Below are positions 39,682 to 49,239 of a stretch of DNA of 59,844 nt, piece after piece. Every line of letters starts with the position of its first letter. The first letter of the stretch is position 1. The notes below the pieces were generated by a model. That model saw only the letters and a program-made list of their open reading frames with translations, ran no database searches and had not been told where the DNA came from. Position numbers and translations under genes: made by a program. The DNA comes from Candidatus Nomurabacteria bacterium RIFCSPLOWO2_01_FULL_39_18. Lineage in GTDB: Bacteria; Patescibacteriota; Minisyncoccia; Phycocordibacterales; UBA9973. Location of the stretch: contig MFUV01000009.1 of NCBI GenBank assembly GCA_001787005.1, positions 1,929-61,772 on the forward strand, in the 5' to 3' direction.

Positions 39682-40836
39682 ATGAAAAAAGACTTTTTTC
39701 ATAAATTTAAAAGCATGTTTAACGTTGCCCATTTTGGGCTTTTTGTGACTCTTTTGGTTGCTTTTTTTGTATTATTTTTTCTATTTCCTGAGTTTTTTGC
39801 AAGCGGGGTAACATATGTCAGAGATAGTGAAACTATCAAGTCTATAAAAAAATCAATAAAGCCCACCCTCCCGCCGCTTGATACAATTCTATATGACAAA
39901 AAAATAAATGAATTAGCCAACAATCCGCCTCCGAAACCACCGACCACCAAGGTCGTAAAAGACCCGCAGACGGGAGTTGAGACGACGGTTACCGTAGAAC
40001 CGAAGCCAATTATTTATCCTTGGCCGGTGAAGACAGTATATCCGAATGCCGGAGCGATTCTGCCATTCAAGCGCATTATCGCTTATTACGGAAATTTATT
40101 TTCCACCAAGATGGGAGTGCTCGGGGAGTATCCCCCAGATGAGATGTTGCAAAGACTCAATGTTGAAGTAAAAAAATGGGAACTTGCCGATCCTTCCACT
40201 CCCATAGTCCCGGCGCTTCACTATATCGCAGTTGTGGCGCAAGCTAGCCCCGGGGCAGATGGCAAGTACAGAGCCCGCATGCCCCATTCTGAGATAGACA
40301 AAGTTCTTGCTATGGCAGAGAAAGTAAATGCGATTGTTTTCTTGGACATACAGGTTGGATTTTCTACTTTACAGGCAGAGCTTCCAGTTTTTGAAAAATA
40401 TTTTAAACTACCCAATGTGCATTTGGGTGTTGATGCCGAATTTTCCATGAAGAGCGGTATTAGACCGGGGAAGGTGGTAGGTACTTATGACGCGGAAGAT
40501 ATAAATTTTGCGGCAAATTATCTGGCCAAGATTATTAAAGAAAACAATCTCCCGCCGAAAGTTCTGGTCGTTCATCGCTACACGCAAAAAATGATTACAA
40601 ACTATAAAGAAATAAAACCCCTACCGGAAGTGCAGATTGTAATGCATATGGATGGCTGGGGCGGCAAGGCCAAGAAAATTAACACCTATCAGCAGTTTAT
40701 TTACAAAGAACCAGTGCAATTCACCGGCTTTAAATTATTCTATAAGAATGATATTCTAACTCCCGGAACTATATTGATGACTCCAAATGACTTATTAAAA
40801 TTAAGTCCACAGCCTATCTACGTACAATATCAGTAA
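39682..40836 (+). CDS. Secreted or membrane-anchored hypothetical protein
   Basis: 384-aa ORF with an N-terminal TM helix. Confidence 0.5.
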   Translation: MKKDFFHKFKSMFNVAHFGLFVTLLVAFFVLFFLFPEFFASGVTYVRDSETIKSIKKSIKPTLPPLDTILYDKKINELANNPPPKPPTTKVVKDPQTGVETTVTVEPKPIIYPWPVKTVYPNAGAILPFKRIIAYYGNLFSTKMGVLGEYPPDEMLQRLNVEVKKWELADPSTPIVPALHYIAVVAQASPGADGKYRARMPHSEIDKVLAMAEKVNAIVFLDIQVGFSTLQAELPVFEKYFKLPNVHLGVDAEFSMKSGIRPGKVVGTYDAEDINFAANYLAKIIKENNLPPKVLVVHRYTQKMITNYKEIKPLPEVQIVMHMDGWGGKAKKINTYQQFIYKEPVQFTGFKLFYKNDILTPGTILMTPNDLLKLSPQPIYVQYQ

Positions 40837-40887
40837 AAAATGTGCTACAATAGACGGAGAAAATTATAAGATTAATTATTAAATTTT

Positions 40888-41349
40888 ATGAAAAACACAC
40901 ACATTATAATAATCATTTTAGTTTTGATATTGGGGGGTCTGTTTTTGTTTGGCAGGGGTAGCAAATTAGAAGCGCCAACCGGGGGAAGCGTCGAAAATGT
41001 AACTGATTCAACCAGTTTAGCGGGCAGTGAAAATATACCAATGGACACTCCTGGTATTGTAGAAATCCCAATCGTAAAAGAGTTTTCTGTTTCAGGAAAA
41101 AACTTTTCCTTCACGCCATCCACCATAAAAGTCAAGAAAGGTGACAGAGTAAAAATAACTTTTAAAAATAGCGCGGGCTTCCATAATTTTGTCATAGGTG
41201 AATTTGGCGTTACCACAAAACAAGCCCAGGCTCCTTACGAAGAAGTTCTAGAATTTACCGCAGATAAGGCTGGTAGTTTCGAGTATTACTGTTCCGTCGG
41301 GAGCCACCGGGCTACGGGCATGAAGGGCACCTTGGTAATTGAAGAATAA
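40888..41349 (+). CDS. Cupredoxin (plastocyanin/azurin-like) domain protein
   Basis: Has an N-terminal TM helix and type-1 copper ligand spacing FHNF...YYCSVGSHRATGM. Confidence 0.7.
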   Translation: MKNTHIIIIILVLILGGLFLFGRGSKLEAPTGGSVENVTDSTSLAGSENIPMDTPGIVEIPIVKEFSVSGKNFSFTPSTIKVKKGDRVKITFKNSAGFHNFVIGEFGVTTKQAQAPYEEVLEFTADKAGSFEYYCSVGSHRATGMKGTLVIEE

Positions 41350-41350
41350 T

Positions 41351-41740
41351 ATGGCAGACAAAGCAGATGAAGAAAAAGCCTGGCGTGAAATAAAATACAG
41401 TAAAAAATTTGCACACGCCCTGCGCGGGCTGTATGTCCTCTGGGTAACTACCAAAACATCGCATCTAGTGACATATATGGTAGCGAGCATAGCAGTGGTG
41501 ATCCTGGGGTTTTATTTTCATGTTTCGAGTTTTGAGTGGATTGCTCTCGTTTTCTCCATCGGCTTTGTTCTAGTTTCAGAGGCATTTAATACCGCGATTG
41601 AAATAGACATAGATTTAACTTCTCCAGAATATCATCCTTATGCCAGGGATACCAAAGACGCAGCCGCCGCGGCAGTATTATTATCCACATTTGTGGCAGT
41701 TGTCGTTGGCCTTATTGTTTTCTTGCCCAAGATTTTGTGA
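41351..41740 (+). CDS. dgkA: Diacylglycerol/undecaprenol kinase (DgkA family)
   Basis: Has FAHALRGL, EAFNTAIE and DTKDAAAAAVL. Confidence 0.8.
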   Translation: MADKADEEKAWREIKYSKKFAHALRGLYVLWVTTKTSHLVTYMVASIAVVILGFYFHVSSFEWIALVFSIGFVLVSEAFNTAIEIDIDLTSPEYHPYARDTKDAAAAAVLLSTFVAVVVGLIVFLPKIL

Positions 41741-41746
41741 TATAAT
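41738..41746 (+). promoter_or_regulatory. Extended -10 (TGaTATAAT) overlapping the dgkA stop, 6 nt before the ATG at 41753
   Basis: Motif and spacing were read directly. Confidence 0.5.
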
Positions 41747-41752
41747 GGCTTT

Positions 41753-42139
41753 ATGACCAACGTTAAAATTTTCTTTTCAGTTATTGCTGTTCTCATTGTG
41801 GGGACAGTTGCAACAGCTATATTGCGATCGAGTGAGACCCCTCCAGGTCCTGGCAAGTATGATGCTTTTGCGCAATGCTTGAAAGACAAAGGCGCTCTGT
41901 TTTATGGAGCTTTCTGGTGCCCGCATTGTCAGGCACAGAAAAAGTTTTTCGGCTCATCAGAGAAATTGCTACCCTACGTCGAATGTTCTACTCCTAATGG
42001 CAATGCCCAAACTCAAATTTGTATCGACAAAGGGATTACCGGGTATCCAACATGGGAGTTTGCCGACGGCACGCGCTTAAATGGAGAGATTCCACTTACG
42101 CAATTGTCTGAAAAGACTAGCTGTGAGTTGCCTATATAA
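41753..42139 (+). CDS. Membrane-anchored thioredoxin-like protein (of the type found fused to VKOR)
   Basis: Has FYGAFWCPHCQAQKKFFG and GITGYPTWEF. Confidence 0.65.
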   Translation: MTNVKIFFSVIAVLIVGTVATAILRSSETPPGPGKYDAFAQCLKDKGALFYGAFWCPHCQAQKKFFGSSEKLLPYVECSTPNGNAQTQICIDKGITGYPTWEFADGTRLNGEIPLTQLSEKTSCELPI

Positions 42140-42147
42140 ATATTTAT

Positions 42148-42696
42148 ATGAATCCTGTTACGGTACATTACTTAAATATTTTTTTGGGAACAGGCGCGAT
42201 AATATTGCAAATTCTTTCCGTTGTGGCTCTGTTTTTGCTTTTCTTGGGTCCAAAGAAAAACTCTTATCTTTCTTTCATTGACAAACATTACTTGACGCTT
42301 GGTTTCATTATTGCCCTTTCTTCATCTTTATTCTCCCTTGTCTATTCTGAGATTGTCGGATTTGTGCCCTGCTATCTGTGTTGGTATCAGAGGGTATTTA
42401 CCTTCCCCCTCTTCTTTATTTTTGGCGTAGCTATTTGGTACAAAGATCGCAAAATAGTAAAATACGTTTTACCCCTACTTTCTGTCGGCTTCATAATGTC
42501 TGTTTATCAGAATTTCATTTATTATTTTGCGGCTGACGCTTCGAACCTGCCCTGCGATGCCTCTGGAGTATCTTGCTATCAGCATTTAATTTCAGAATTC
42601 GGCGGATATATCTCTATCCCAATGCTGGCCTTGACCAGCTTCCTCGCTTTGATTACTATTGTTTTAGTTGCTCATTTTTACAAAAAGGAAGATTAA
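42148..42696 (+). CDS. Disulfide bond formation protein DsbB/BdbC family
   Basis: Has four TM helices, VPCYLCWYQR (CxxC) and a second Cys pair LPCDASGVSC. Confidence 0.75.
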   Translation: MNPVTVHYLNIFLGTGAIILQILSVVALFLLFLGPKKNSYLSFIDKHYLTLGFIIALSSSLFSLVYSEIVGFVPCYLCWYQRVFTFPLFFIFGVAIWYKDRKIVKYVLPLLSVGFIMSVYQNFIYYFAADASNLPCDASGVSCYQHLISEFGGYISIPMLALTSFLALITIVLVAHFYKKED

Positions 42697-42775
42697 TGAA
42701 AAAATACTTGTCCCGTTTAAAAATCAACGAGACTTGAATTAAAGATAAAAATTATTAGTTAAATTTTTTAATGGG

Positions 42776-43399
42776 ATGAATAAATACATAAGCTTCGTCA
42801 TCGTGATTGCCTTAACTGTTCTAGGTATTTGGTTTTTCACGAAAGGTGGAGGCGAAGGTGCAATTAATAATTTTCCGCCAGAAGCGGATCAGCCTACGGC
42901 TGAAGATAACCAAGAAAAAGTTATGAAAGCAACACTAAACACCAATAAGGGAAATATAACTATTGAATTTTTTGCAACACAAGCTCCGAATACCGTGGCC
43001 AACTTTACCAAACTCGCTAAAGAAAATTTTTACAATGGAGTCAAATTTCATCGCGTCATCAAAGGTTTTATGATTCAAGGGGGAGATCCGCTGACGAAGG
43101 ACGATTCCAAGGTGAGCTTATGGGGTACCGGAGGACCAGGCTATTCTTTTGCGGACGAGATAGGGCCCAATAACAGAAATGACATAGGGACTATTGCCAT
43201 GGCAAACTCTGGACCGAACACCAACGGTAGCCAATTTTTTATCAACACCACTTCTAATAATTTTTTAGATGGGAAGCACACTGTTTTCGGCAAAGTGGTG
43301 GCAGGCATGGATATTGTAACGAAAATCGAAAATACGCCAACCGGTCCTTCAGATAGACCAATTGAACCCGTAGTGATAAATAGTATTACACTGGAATAA
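42776..43399 (+). CDS. Cyclophilin-type peptidyl-prolyl isomerase, membrane-anchored
   Basis: Has FHRVIKGFMIQGGDP, GTIAMANSGPNTNGSQFFI and HTVFGKV. Confidence 0.9.
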   Translation: MNKYISFVIVIALTVLGIWFFTKGGGEGAINNFPPEADQPTAEDNQEKVMKATLNTNKGNITIEFFATQAPNTVANFTKLAKENFYNGVKFHRVIKGFMIQGGDPLTKDDSKVSLWGTGGPGYSFADEIGPNNRNDIGTIAMANSGPNTNGSQFFINTTSNNFLDGKHTVFGKVVAGMDIVTKIENTPTGPSDRPIEPVVINSITLE

Positions 43400-43404
43400 G
43401 ATAT

Positions 43405-44046
43405 ATGAATAAAAAAACAATCGTTCTTACCATTATATTAGCTCTTATTGTTGTAGCCGGATGGTTTTATTGGAAGCAAGAGACAATGAAAAATGCTCCT
43501 AAATGCGGCGGAATCGCAGGTTTAATGTGTCCCGAAGGATATGAATGTGAAATGGGAGTATACAAGCATCCAGATCAAATGGGTTATTGCAAGAAAACAG
43601 ACTCTACAACTCAACCTGTGAAAACCACCAATGAAACAAACGATCGGAAAACATATGCAAATACTGAATATGGATTTGAGTTTAAATATTCACCCGATGA
43701 GAAAATTGAAATGTTAGATAAATCATCAACCCCTCAAGATAATACTGGGGAAAAAGTAATTTCGATATATTTAGAAGATTCTAAGGATAAACTGACTTGT
43801 ATTGATGGGGAAGATGTTAGATGCAAAAATATTGCGAACAGTGATTATAACATAGTAGAGCAATTGCCAATGACTGGTGGTATTCTTGTCAGTATTGACC
43901 TTATGAATGGTAAAGCCGTATTTTTATCATTAAGTTGCGATTCTATGGGGATAGGGATGACTGGTAAAAATGATTATTGTGAAATATCAACCCAAAGACA
44001 GGAAGTCTTTGAAAACCTACTTTCCACTTTTAAATTTACCAAATAG
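43405..44046 (+). CDS. Membrane-anchored Cys-rich hypothetical protein
   Basis: 213-aa ORF with an N-terminal TM helix and CGGIAGLMCPEGYEC. Confidence 0.5.
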   Translation: MNKKTIVLTIILALIVVAGWFYWKQETMKNAPKCGGIAGLMCPEGYECEMGVYKHPDQMGYCKKTDSTTQPVKTTNETNDRKTYANTEYGFEFKYSPDEKIEMLDKSSTPQDNTGEKVISIYLEDSKDKLTCIDGEDVRCKNIANSDYNIVEQLPMTGGILVSIDLMNGKAVFLSLSCDSMGIGMTGKNDYCEISTQRQEVFENLLSTFKFTK

Positions 44047-44052
44047 TTTTTT

Positions 44053-45792
44053 ATGAAAATTTTATTTAATTACTTAAAAAAGTACTGGAAGCTTTTGGTT
44101 TTGGCTTTAGTTTTGGCGGCGGTGAACCAAATTTTTTCCCTGCTGGATCCTTACATTTTCCGGCTTATTCTGGATGATTTTGCTACCAAGTTTGAACAAT
44201 TGTCCAAGTCGGAATTTTTTACAGGCGTTACCATACTGCTTCTCTTGTCGATGGGCACCAACTTAGTTTCCCGCATTGCCAAAAATTTCCAGGATTTTTA
44301 CGTCAATACGATTACCCAGAAATTGGGGGCGAAAATGTATACCGATGGATTAGCACACAGTTTAAAGCTGCCGTACCAGGTTTTTGAAGACCAAAGAAGC
44401 GGGGAAACCTTAGAGAAGCTCCAACGAGTGAGGTCAGATACCCAGGTGCTCATTACCTCTTTTATCAATGTTATTTTTACCACGTTGATTGGTTTTGTTT
44501 TTGTAATAATCTACGCTTTTTCTGTAAGCTCCGTAATTGCGGTGGTTTATTTAGCAATGGTGCCTATTTTGGGCTTACTTTCGGCTTTTTTAAGTAAAAA
44601 AATCAAGACTGTACAAATAAAAATCGTGGCGCAGACTACAGCTCTGGCGGGATCTACCACGGAGAGTTTGCGAAACATCGAACTGGTCAAATCTTTAGGG
44701 CTTTCAGATTCGGAGATCAAACGTCTGAACGATACCACCAATGATATTTTAAAATTAGAATTAGAAAAAGTTAAATATTTGCGCGCCCTGAGCTTCCTGC
44801 AGGGTACGACAATTAATTTTTTACGCACCGTGATTCTTTTTGTCATGATGTACTTGGTGTTTACTCGTGTGGTAACCTTGGGAGAATTTTTCTCTCTTTG
44901 GATTTACTCTTTCTTTTTGTTTAATCCCCTTCAAGAGCTAGGCAATACTGTGAATTCTTACCGTGAAGCCGAGGCTAGTTTGGAGAACTTTAGAATAATT
45001 TTACATACAGAAAAGGAGCCGGTACCTAAAAATCCTAAAGCTGTCGGCCGGCTTTCTAAAATTGCTTTTAATTCTGTTTCTTTCCAACACCCGAGCGCCA
45101 ACCGCAATGCTCTTGAGAATGTTAGTTTTATCGGCAAGAGCGGAGAAACTATTGCTTTCGTTGGACCTTCGGGTAGCGGGAAGACAACACTAGTTAAATT
45201 ATTGGTGGGGTTGTATAAACCGAAAACAGGAAAAGTTTTGTACAACAATGTAGACATAACCGAAGCGGATCTAGAAGGAATGCGCAGCCAGATCGGGCTA
45301 GTCACGCAGGATACCCAATTATTTGCCGGTACGATTCGTGACAACTTAAAGTTTGCTAACCCCAAAGCCACAGATGAGCAAATATTAATAGCGCTAAAAA
45401 AGTCCTCAGCTGATAGTCTAATGCAGAGGGCCACAGACGGACTCGATACTGTAATCGGCGAAGGTGGGGTGAAAGTTTCAGGAGGGGAGAAGCAACGCTT
45501 GTCTATTGCGCGGGCGCTCCTTCGAGATCCGAAACTTTTAGTTTTTGATGAGGCGACTTCATCGCTTGACTCTTTAACCGAAGAGCAAATCACCTCTACT
45601 ATAAGGGAGCTGAGTGAACAAAACCACGTTACTGTAATCATTGCTCATCGTCTTTCTACCGTCATGCATGCGGACACCATATATGTATTAGAAAAAGGAA
45701 CAATTGTTGAATCTGGGTCGCATCAAGCTCTTCTTGACCTAAGGGGTTTATACTCCGCGATGTGGCGACAGCAAATTGGGGAAACGAGTTAA
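44053..45792 (+). CDS. ABC exporter, fused permease and ATPase (MsbA/MdlB-like)
   Basis: Has a six-TM domain, Walker A GPSGSGKTT, the signature VSGGEKQRLSIARA and Walker B LLVFDEATS. Confidence 0.88.
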   Translation: MKILFNYLKKYWKLLVLALVLAAVNQIFSLLDPYIFRLILDDFATKFEQLSKSEFFTGVTILLLLSMGTNLVSRIAKNFQDFYVNTITQKLGAKMYTDGLAHSLKLPYQVFEDQRSGETLEKLQRVRSDTQVLITSFINVIFTTLIGFVFVIIYAFSVSSVIAVVYLAMVPILGLLSAFLSKKIKTVQIKIVAQTTALAGSTTESLRNIELVKSLGLSDSEIKRLNDTTNDILKLELEKVKYLRALSFLQGTTINFLRTVILFVMMYLVFTRVVTLGEFFSLWIYSFFLFNPLQELGNTVNSYREAEASLENFRIILHTEKEPVPKNPKAVGRLSKIAFNSVSFQHPSANRNALENVSFIGKSGETIAFVGPSGSGKTTLVKLLVGLYKPKTGKVLYNNVDITEADLEGMRSQIGLVTQDTQLFAGTIRDNLKFANPKATDEQILIALKKSSADSLMQRATDGLDTVIGEGGVKVSGGEKQRLSIARALLRDPKLLVFDEATSSLDSLTEEQITSTIRELSEQNHVTVIIAHRLSTVMHADTIYVLEKGTIVESGSHQALLDLRGLYSAMWRQQIGETS

Positions 45793-45874
45793 AAGAATTT
45801 ATTCTGTGATATAATGTGTGCATAATTTAGGATTATTAATTAATTTTTTTATCCCGCCATGGCGGGGGAATTTT

Positions 45875-45940
45875 ATGGGAAAAGGAAATAATGCTTACAG
45901 AAAGGACGTGAAGAAGCCAAAAAAGAATAAAAAGAAATAA
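45875..45940 (+). CDS. 21-aa Lys-rich micro-ORF translationally coupled to guaA
   Basis: Encodes MGKGNNAYRKDVKKPKKNKKK*. Its TAA overlaps the guaA ATG (TAATG). It is preceded by the hairpin TCCCGCC-ATG-GCGGGGGA. Confidence 0.3.
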   Translation: MGKGNNAYRKDVKKPKKNKKK

Positions 45941-47490
45941 TGGCTAATGTAGAGATACTCATAATTGACCTGGGGAGTCAATATACACAGGTTATCAGGC
46001 GTTCCTTGCGTTATCTCGGCTTTCACTCAACCATTCTCCCACCCCACAAGTCTCTTGAATGGATTAAAGAAAATAAGCCAAAAGGGGTAATTCTCTCCGG
46101 TGGTAGCGCGAGTGTGTATGATACTGATGCGCCCAAAATTCCAAAAGAAATACTTGATTTCAAAATTCCAATTTTAGGAGTTTGTTATGGCATGCAATGG
46201 CTTGCGTATATTAATGACAAGAATTCTGTTCATAAAGTGAAAGAGGGGAAGTCCTACGGACCAGTAAAAATTAATTTTGAAAAAGGGACAAAAAGCAAAC
46301 TATTTGAAGGGCTCGGGGGGGGTATCAATGCTTGGTCTTCTCATGGAGATTCTGTCGCGTATGCTCCGAAGGGTTCAGCGCAGAATTTTAAGGTAACTGC
46401 CACTTCAAGGAGCGGGAAAGTTATTGAGGCGATGGAGTGTGCACCAGAGAGGATTTATGCCGTGCAATTTCATCCAGAAGTTGAGCAAACAGAAGATGAA
46501 AATATTATTTTAAATAATTTTGTTCTAAATATTTGCGGTTGCAAGAAAAATTATTTTAAAAAAGATGTTATAAAGGAGATAGGAGAGAATACAAAAAAGA
46601 TATTGGGGGATAAAACGGCAATCATCGGGGTTTCAGGCGGGGTAGATTCTACAACCCTGGCCGCGATACTAACACCGGTGTTGGGCAAACAACTGAAGGC
46701 CTTCATAATAGATACTGGCGGTATGCGTAAGGGTGAGATAAAAAAAATACAGGATATTGCCAAGAGGGCAAAAATAAATCTTGAGGTGATTGAGAAGTAT
46801 AAAAATAAATTCATAAAAAGTGTGGGCAAAACTATAGACGCGGAAGAAAAACGCGCGAAATTTAGAAAAGTTTACGGAGAAGTCTTTCTCTCAGTTGCCC
46901 GCTCATATGGGGCAACTCATATGGTTCAGGGCACTCTTGCCACCGACTTGATCGAGTCTGGAAGTACCGGCAAGTCGGCGCTTATCAAAACACATCATAA
47001 TGTCGGCCTTAATTTGGGTCTAAAAGAAATTATGCCGCTGGCTGACTTTTTTAAATTTGAAGTACGTGAAATGGCGAGAATGTTTGGACTCGACGAACTT
47101 CTGGCCGGCCGGCAACCTTTCCCAGGTCCGGGGTTATATTTGCGCATTGTGGGTGTGCCTGTCACCCTGGAGCTTCTTGACCTAGTGCGCGAAGCTGACC
47201 ATGAGGTCACGGAAATCCTTAAAAAGCACAAACTCTACAATAAAATTTCGCAAACAATTGTAGCACTTTTGGGAGTCAATACTGTGGGCGTGAAGGGCGA
47301 TGGACGAGTCTATGGATATTCATTTGCGGTACGTACAGTAGAAACAGTGGATTTCATGACGGTCAAAGGCTTCTATTTGCCAAAAGAAGTCTGCGAAGAA
47401 ATTACCAGTACCTTGGTCAGACATCCAAAAATCGTTCGCGTATTCTATGACTGGACAACCAAACCTCCAGCCACGACAGAGTTTGAATAA
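45940..47490 (+). CDS. guaA: GMP synthase (glutamine-hydrolysing)
   Basis: Has the GATase domain GVCYGMQ, the PP-loop GVSGGVDST and the C-terminal dimerisation domain ending PPATTEFE. Confidence 0.92.
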   Translation: MANVEILIIDLGSQYTQVIRRSLRYLGFHSTILPPHKSLEWIKENKPKGVILSGGSASVYDTDAPKIPKEILDFKIPILGVCYGMQWLAYINDKNSVHKVKEGKSYGPVKINFEKGTKSKLFEGLGGGINAWSSHGDSVAYAPKGSAQNFKVTATSRSGKVIEAMECAPERIYAVQFHPEVEQTEDENIILNNFVLNICGCKKNYFKKDVIKEIGENTKKILGDKTAIIGVSGGVDSTTLAAILTPVLGKQLKAFIIDTGGMRKGEIKKIQDIAKRAKINLEVIEKYKNKFIKSVGKTIDAEEKRAKFRKVYGEVFLSVARSYGATHMVQGTLATDLIESGSTGKSALIKTHHNVGLNLGLKEIMPLADFFKFEVREMARMFGLDELLAGRQPFPGPGLYLRIVGVPVTLELLDLVREADHEVTEILKKHKLYNKISQTIVALLGVNTVGVKGDGRVYGYSFAVRTVETVDFMTVKGFYLPKEVCEEITSTLVRHPKIVRVFYDWTTKPPATTEFE

Positions 47491-47495
47491 AACAT

Positions 47496-47527
47496 ATACG
47501 TATTTAAATACGTATACGAATACGTAT
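47496..47527. promoter_or_regulatory. Three ATACGTAT octamers at exact 12-bp spacing, overlapping the promoter of the next gene
   Basis: Octamers lie at 47496-47503, 47508-47515 and 47520-47527. The first two form a perfect 20-bp palindrome. Confidence 0.45.
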
Positions 47528-47536
47528 AAAAATAAA

Positions 47537-48190
47537 ATGTTTTTATTTACCCAAAAAGAAATAGCATTTTTAAAAAAAATAAACACACCATCTAAAGTGC
47601 AGGATTTTTTGAATAATTTGCCATTTAATTTTGAGAAGGAGGGAGAAACTTTGAAGTCGCCACTTCTTACTCTCAGACAGGAAAAGGCGCATTGTTTCGA
47701 GGGAGCGTTATTGGGGGCATATATATTATCCCTTCATGGATTTACACCGTTCGTGCTTCATTTAAAGACTGTAAAACACGACTACGACCATGTCGTAGCT
47801 CCATTTAAGATTTCTGGTATGTGGGGCGCGCTTTCTAAAACAAATCACGCGGTATTGCGGTATCGGGAACCAATTTATAGGAATATTCGCGAACTAGCAA
47901 TGTCCTATTTTCATGAATACTTTTTGAATTCAGGCACGAAGACCCTGCGGCAATATTCTGAACTTTTCAATTTAAATACTTTACCCCAAAATTGGGCTAT
48001 GCGTGGAGATGATCTCTGGGATATAGATAAAAAATTAGATAAAATCAAACATTACGATATCGTGCCTAAGGTGTACATCAAGAAACTACGCAGGGCAGAT
48101 AGAGTAGAAATTAGAGCGGGCAAGATTGTAGAATATCCCAGTAGTAGAACAAGTTCACTACGGGACAGGCAAAAAATAAAGAGGGGCTAG
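47537..48190 (+). CDS. Hypothetical protein, possibly a transglutaminase/papain-like fold
   Basis: Has EKAHCFEGALLGAYIL and a downstream DHVVAP. The start was set at MFLFTQKE. Confidence 0.35.
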   Translation: MFLFTQKEIAFLKKINTPSKVQDFLNNLPFNFEKEGETLKSPLLTLRQEKAHCFEGALLGAYILSLHGFTPFVLHLKTVKHDYDHVVAPFKISGMWGALSKTNHAVLRYREPIYRNIRELAMSYFHEYFLNSGTKTLRQYSELFNLNTLPQNWAMRGDDLWDIDKKLDKIKHYDIVPKVYIKKLRRADRVEIRAGKIVEYPSSRTSSLRDRQKIKRG

Positions 48191-48204
48191 TTTTGTTTTA
48201 AGTT

Positions 48205-49233
48205 TTACTCTTCTTTTTTATCTCCTGTCTGCGCAGGCAGGTCTTTTTTTTCTCCCTTATGCCCATGAGCATCAACTTCGTAGGAAGTATTTTGTTGTTC
48301 AAAGAAGTTTACCAGTTCAAAAACGTCTGTCGCGGTGGACATCCACTTGGCTGGATTGGTTACGCCGAAATGCGCCTCAAGTCCCAGCTCTTCGAGTCTT
48401 CTGTCTGCTACGTATTGCACGTATTGATTTACATAGTCCGCGTTTAACCCCAGGATTCCTTTAGGGAACATGTCTTTATTGTAATTAACTTCCAAGTCAA
48501 CTCCTTCAATAATTATATTTCTGATTTCTTCAGCAAACTCCGCAGTTAGAAGTTCTGCGTTTTCTTCGAGAACTGTGTGGATGAGCTGGATGCCAAACTT
48601 CAGATGAAGACTTTCGTCGCGGAGCACCCAGTTTATCAAAGAACCAAAATTACGTAGTTGGTTTCTTTGTCTGAAGGATAAGGCAACCATAAACCCTGAA
48701 TAAAACCAAATTCCTTCCATGACTATATTATACGCAACGAGGTTGCGGATGAAATCTTTTTTTCCTTCTGTGGTTTCAATATCGAGCGATTGTTCGGTCA
48801 TTCTTGTCAGATATTGATTAATGAAGGCTTCCTTTCTTTGCATTGAAGGAAGTTCAAGATGAGTATCGTAGACCTTGCTTCTATCAAGAGGAAAAGTCTC
48901 AAGAACATATTCAAAAGCCACACAGTGGTTTGCTTCTTCGAACATTTGTTTTGCCAGGTACAGGTGACATTCAGGTGATTTAAGATATGGGTATACGCCC
49001 AGGGCGAGAGTTCTATTCACAATAAGCTCAGCCGGATTAAAAAATGACATTAAAAACTGAACAGCAAATCTTTCATCGCTTGTCATTGATTTCCAATCGG
49101 CCAGGTCCTCCCCGAGCGCTATTTCATGAGGAAACCAGCTGTTTCTGACAGCTTGGTTATAGAGCTCGTAAGCCCATTTGTACTTCATGGGGTGTAAATT
49201 TACATCCGTTGGAGATGTTTTTCCTAGAATCAT
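48205..49233 (-). CDS. nrdB: Ribonucleotide reductase class I beta subunit
   Basis: Has di-iron ligand motifs FEEANHCVAFEYV and MEGIWFYSGF...RDESLHL. The tail DLPAQTGDKKEE is encoded by a family-2 palindrome. Confidence 0.9.
   Translation of the reverse strand: MILGKTSPTDVNLHPMKYKWAYELYNQAVRNSWFPHEIALGEDLADWKSMTSDERFAVQFLMSFFNPAELIVNRTLALGVYPYLKSPECHLYLAKQMFEEANHCVAFEYVLETFPLDRSKVYDTHLELPSMQRKEAFINQYLTRMTEQSLDIETTEGKKDFIRNLVAYNIVMEGIWFYSGFMVALSFRQRNQLRNFGSLINWVLRDESLHLKFGIQLIHTVLEENAELLTAEFAEEIRNIIIEGVDLEVNYNKDMFPKGILGLNADYVNQYVQYVADRRLEELGLEAHFGVTNPAKWMSTATDVFELVNFFEQQNTSYEVDAHGHKGEKKDLPAQTGDKKEE
48224..48241. repeat. Family-2 palindrome copy in the nrdB 3' end
   Basis: CCTGTCTGCGCAGGCAGG, with one mismatch. 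Confidence 0.7.
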
Positions 49234-49239
49234 ATATTT

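Noticed and set aside
44958-45641. Long antisense shadow ORFs inside well-supported genes (44958..45641, 10661..11245, 6410..6865, 22389..22829, 4152..4556, 13560..13952, 24171..24566, 52890..53321, 56711..57073 and others)
   Set aside because: Each lies fully inside a gene with strong family motifs on the opposite strand and has no motifs of its own. These are typical frame -1 or -3 shadows.
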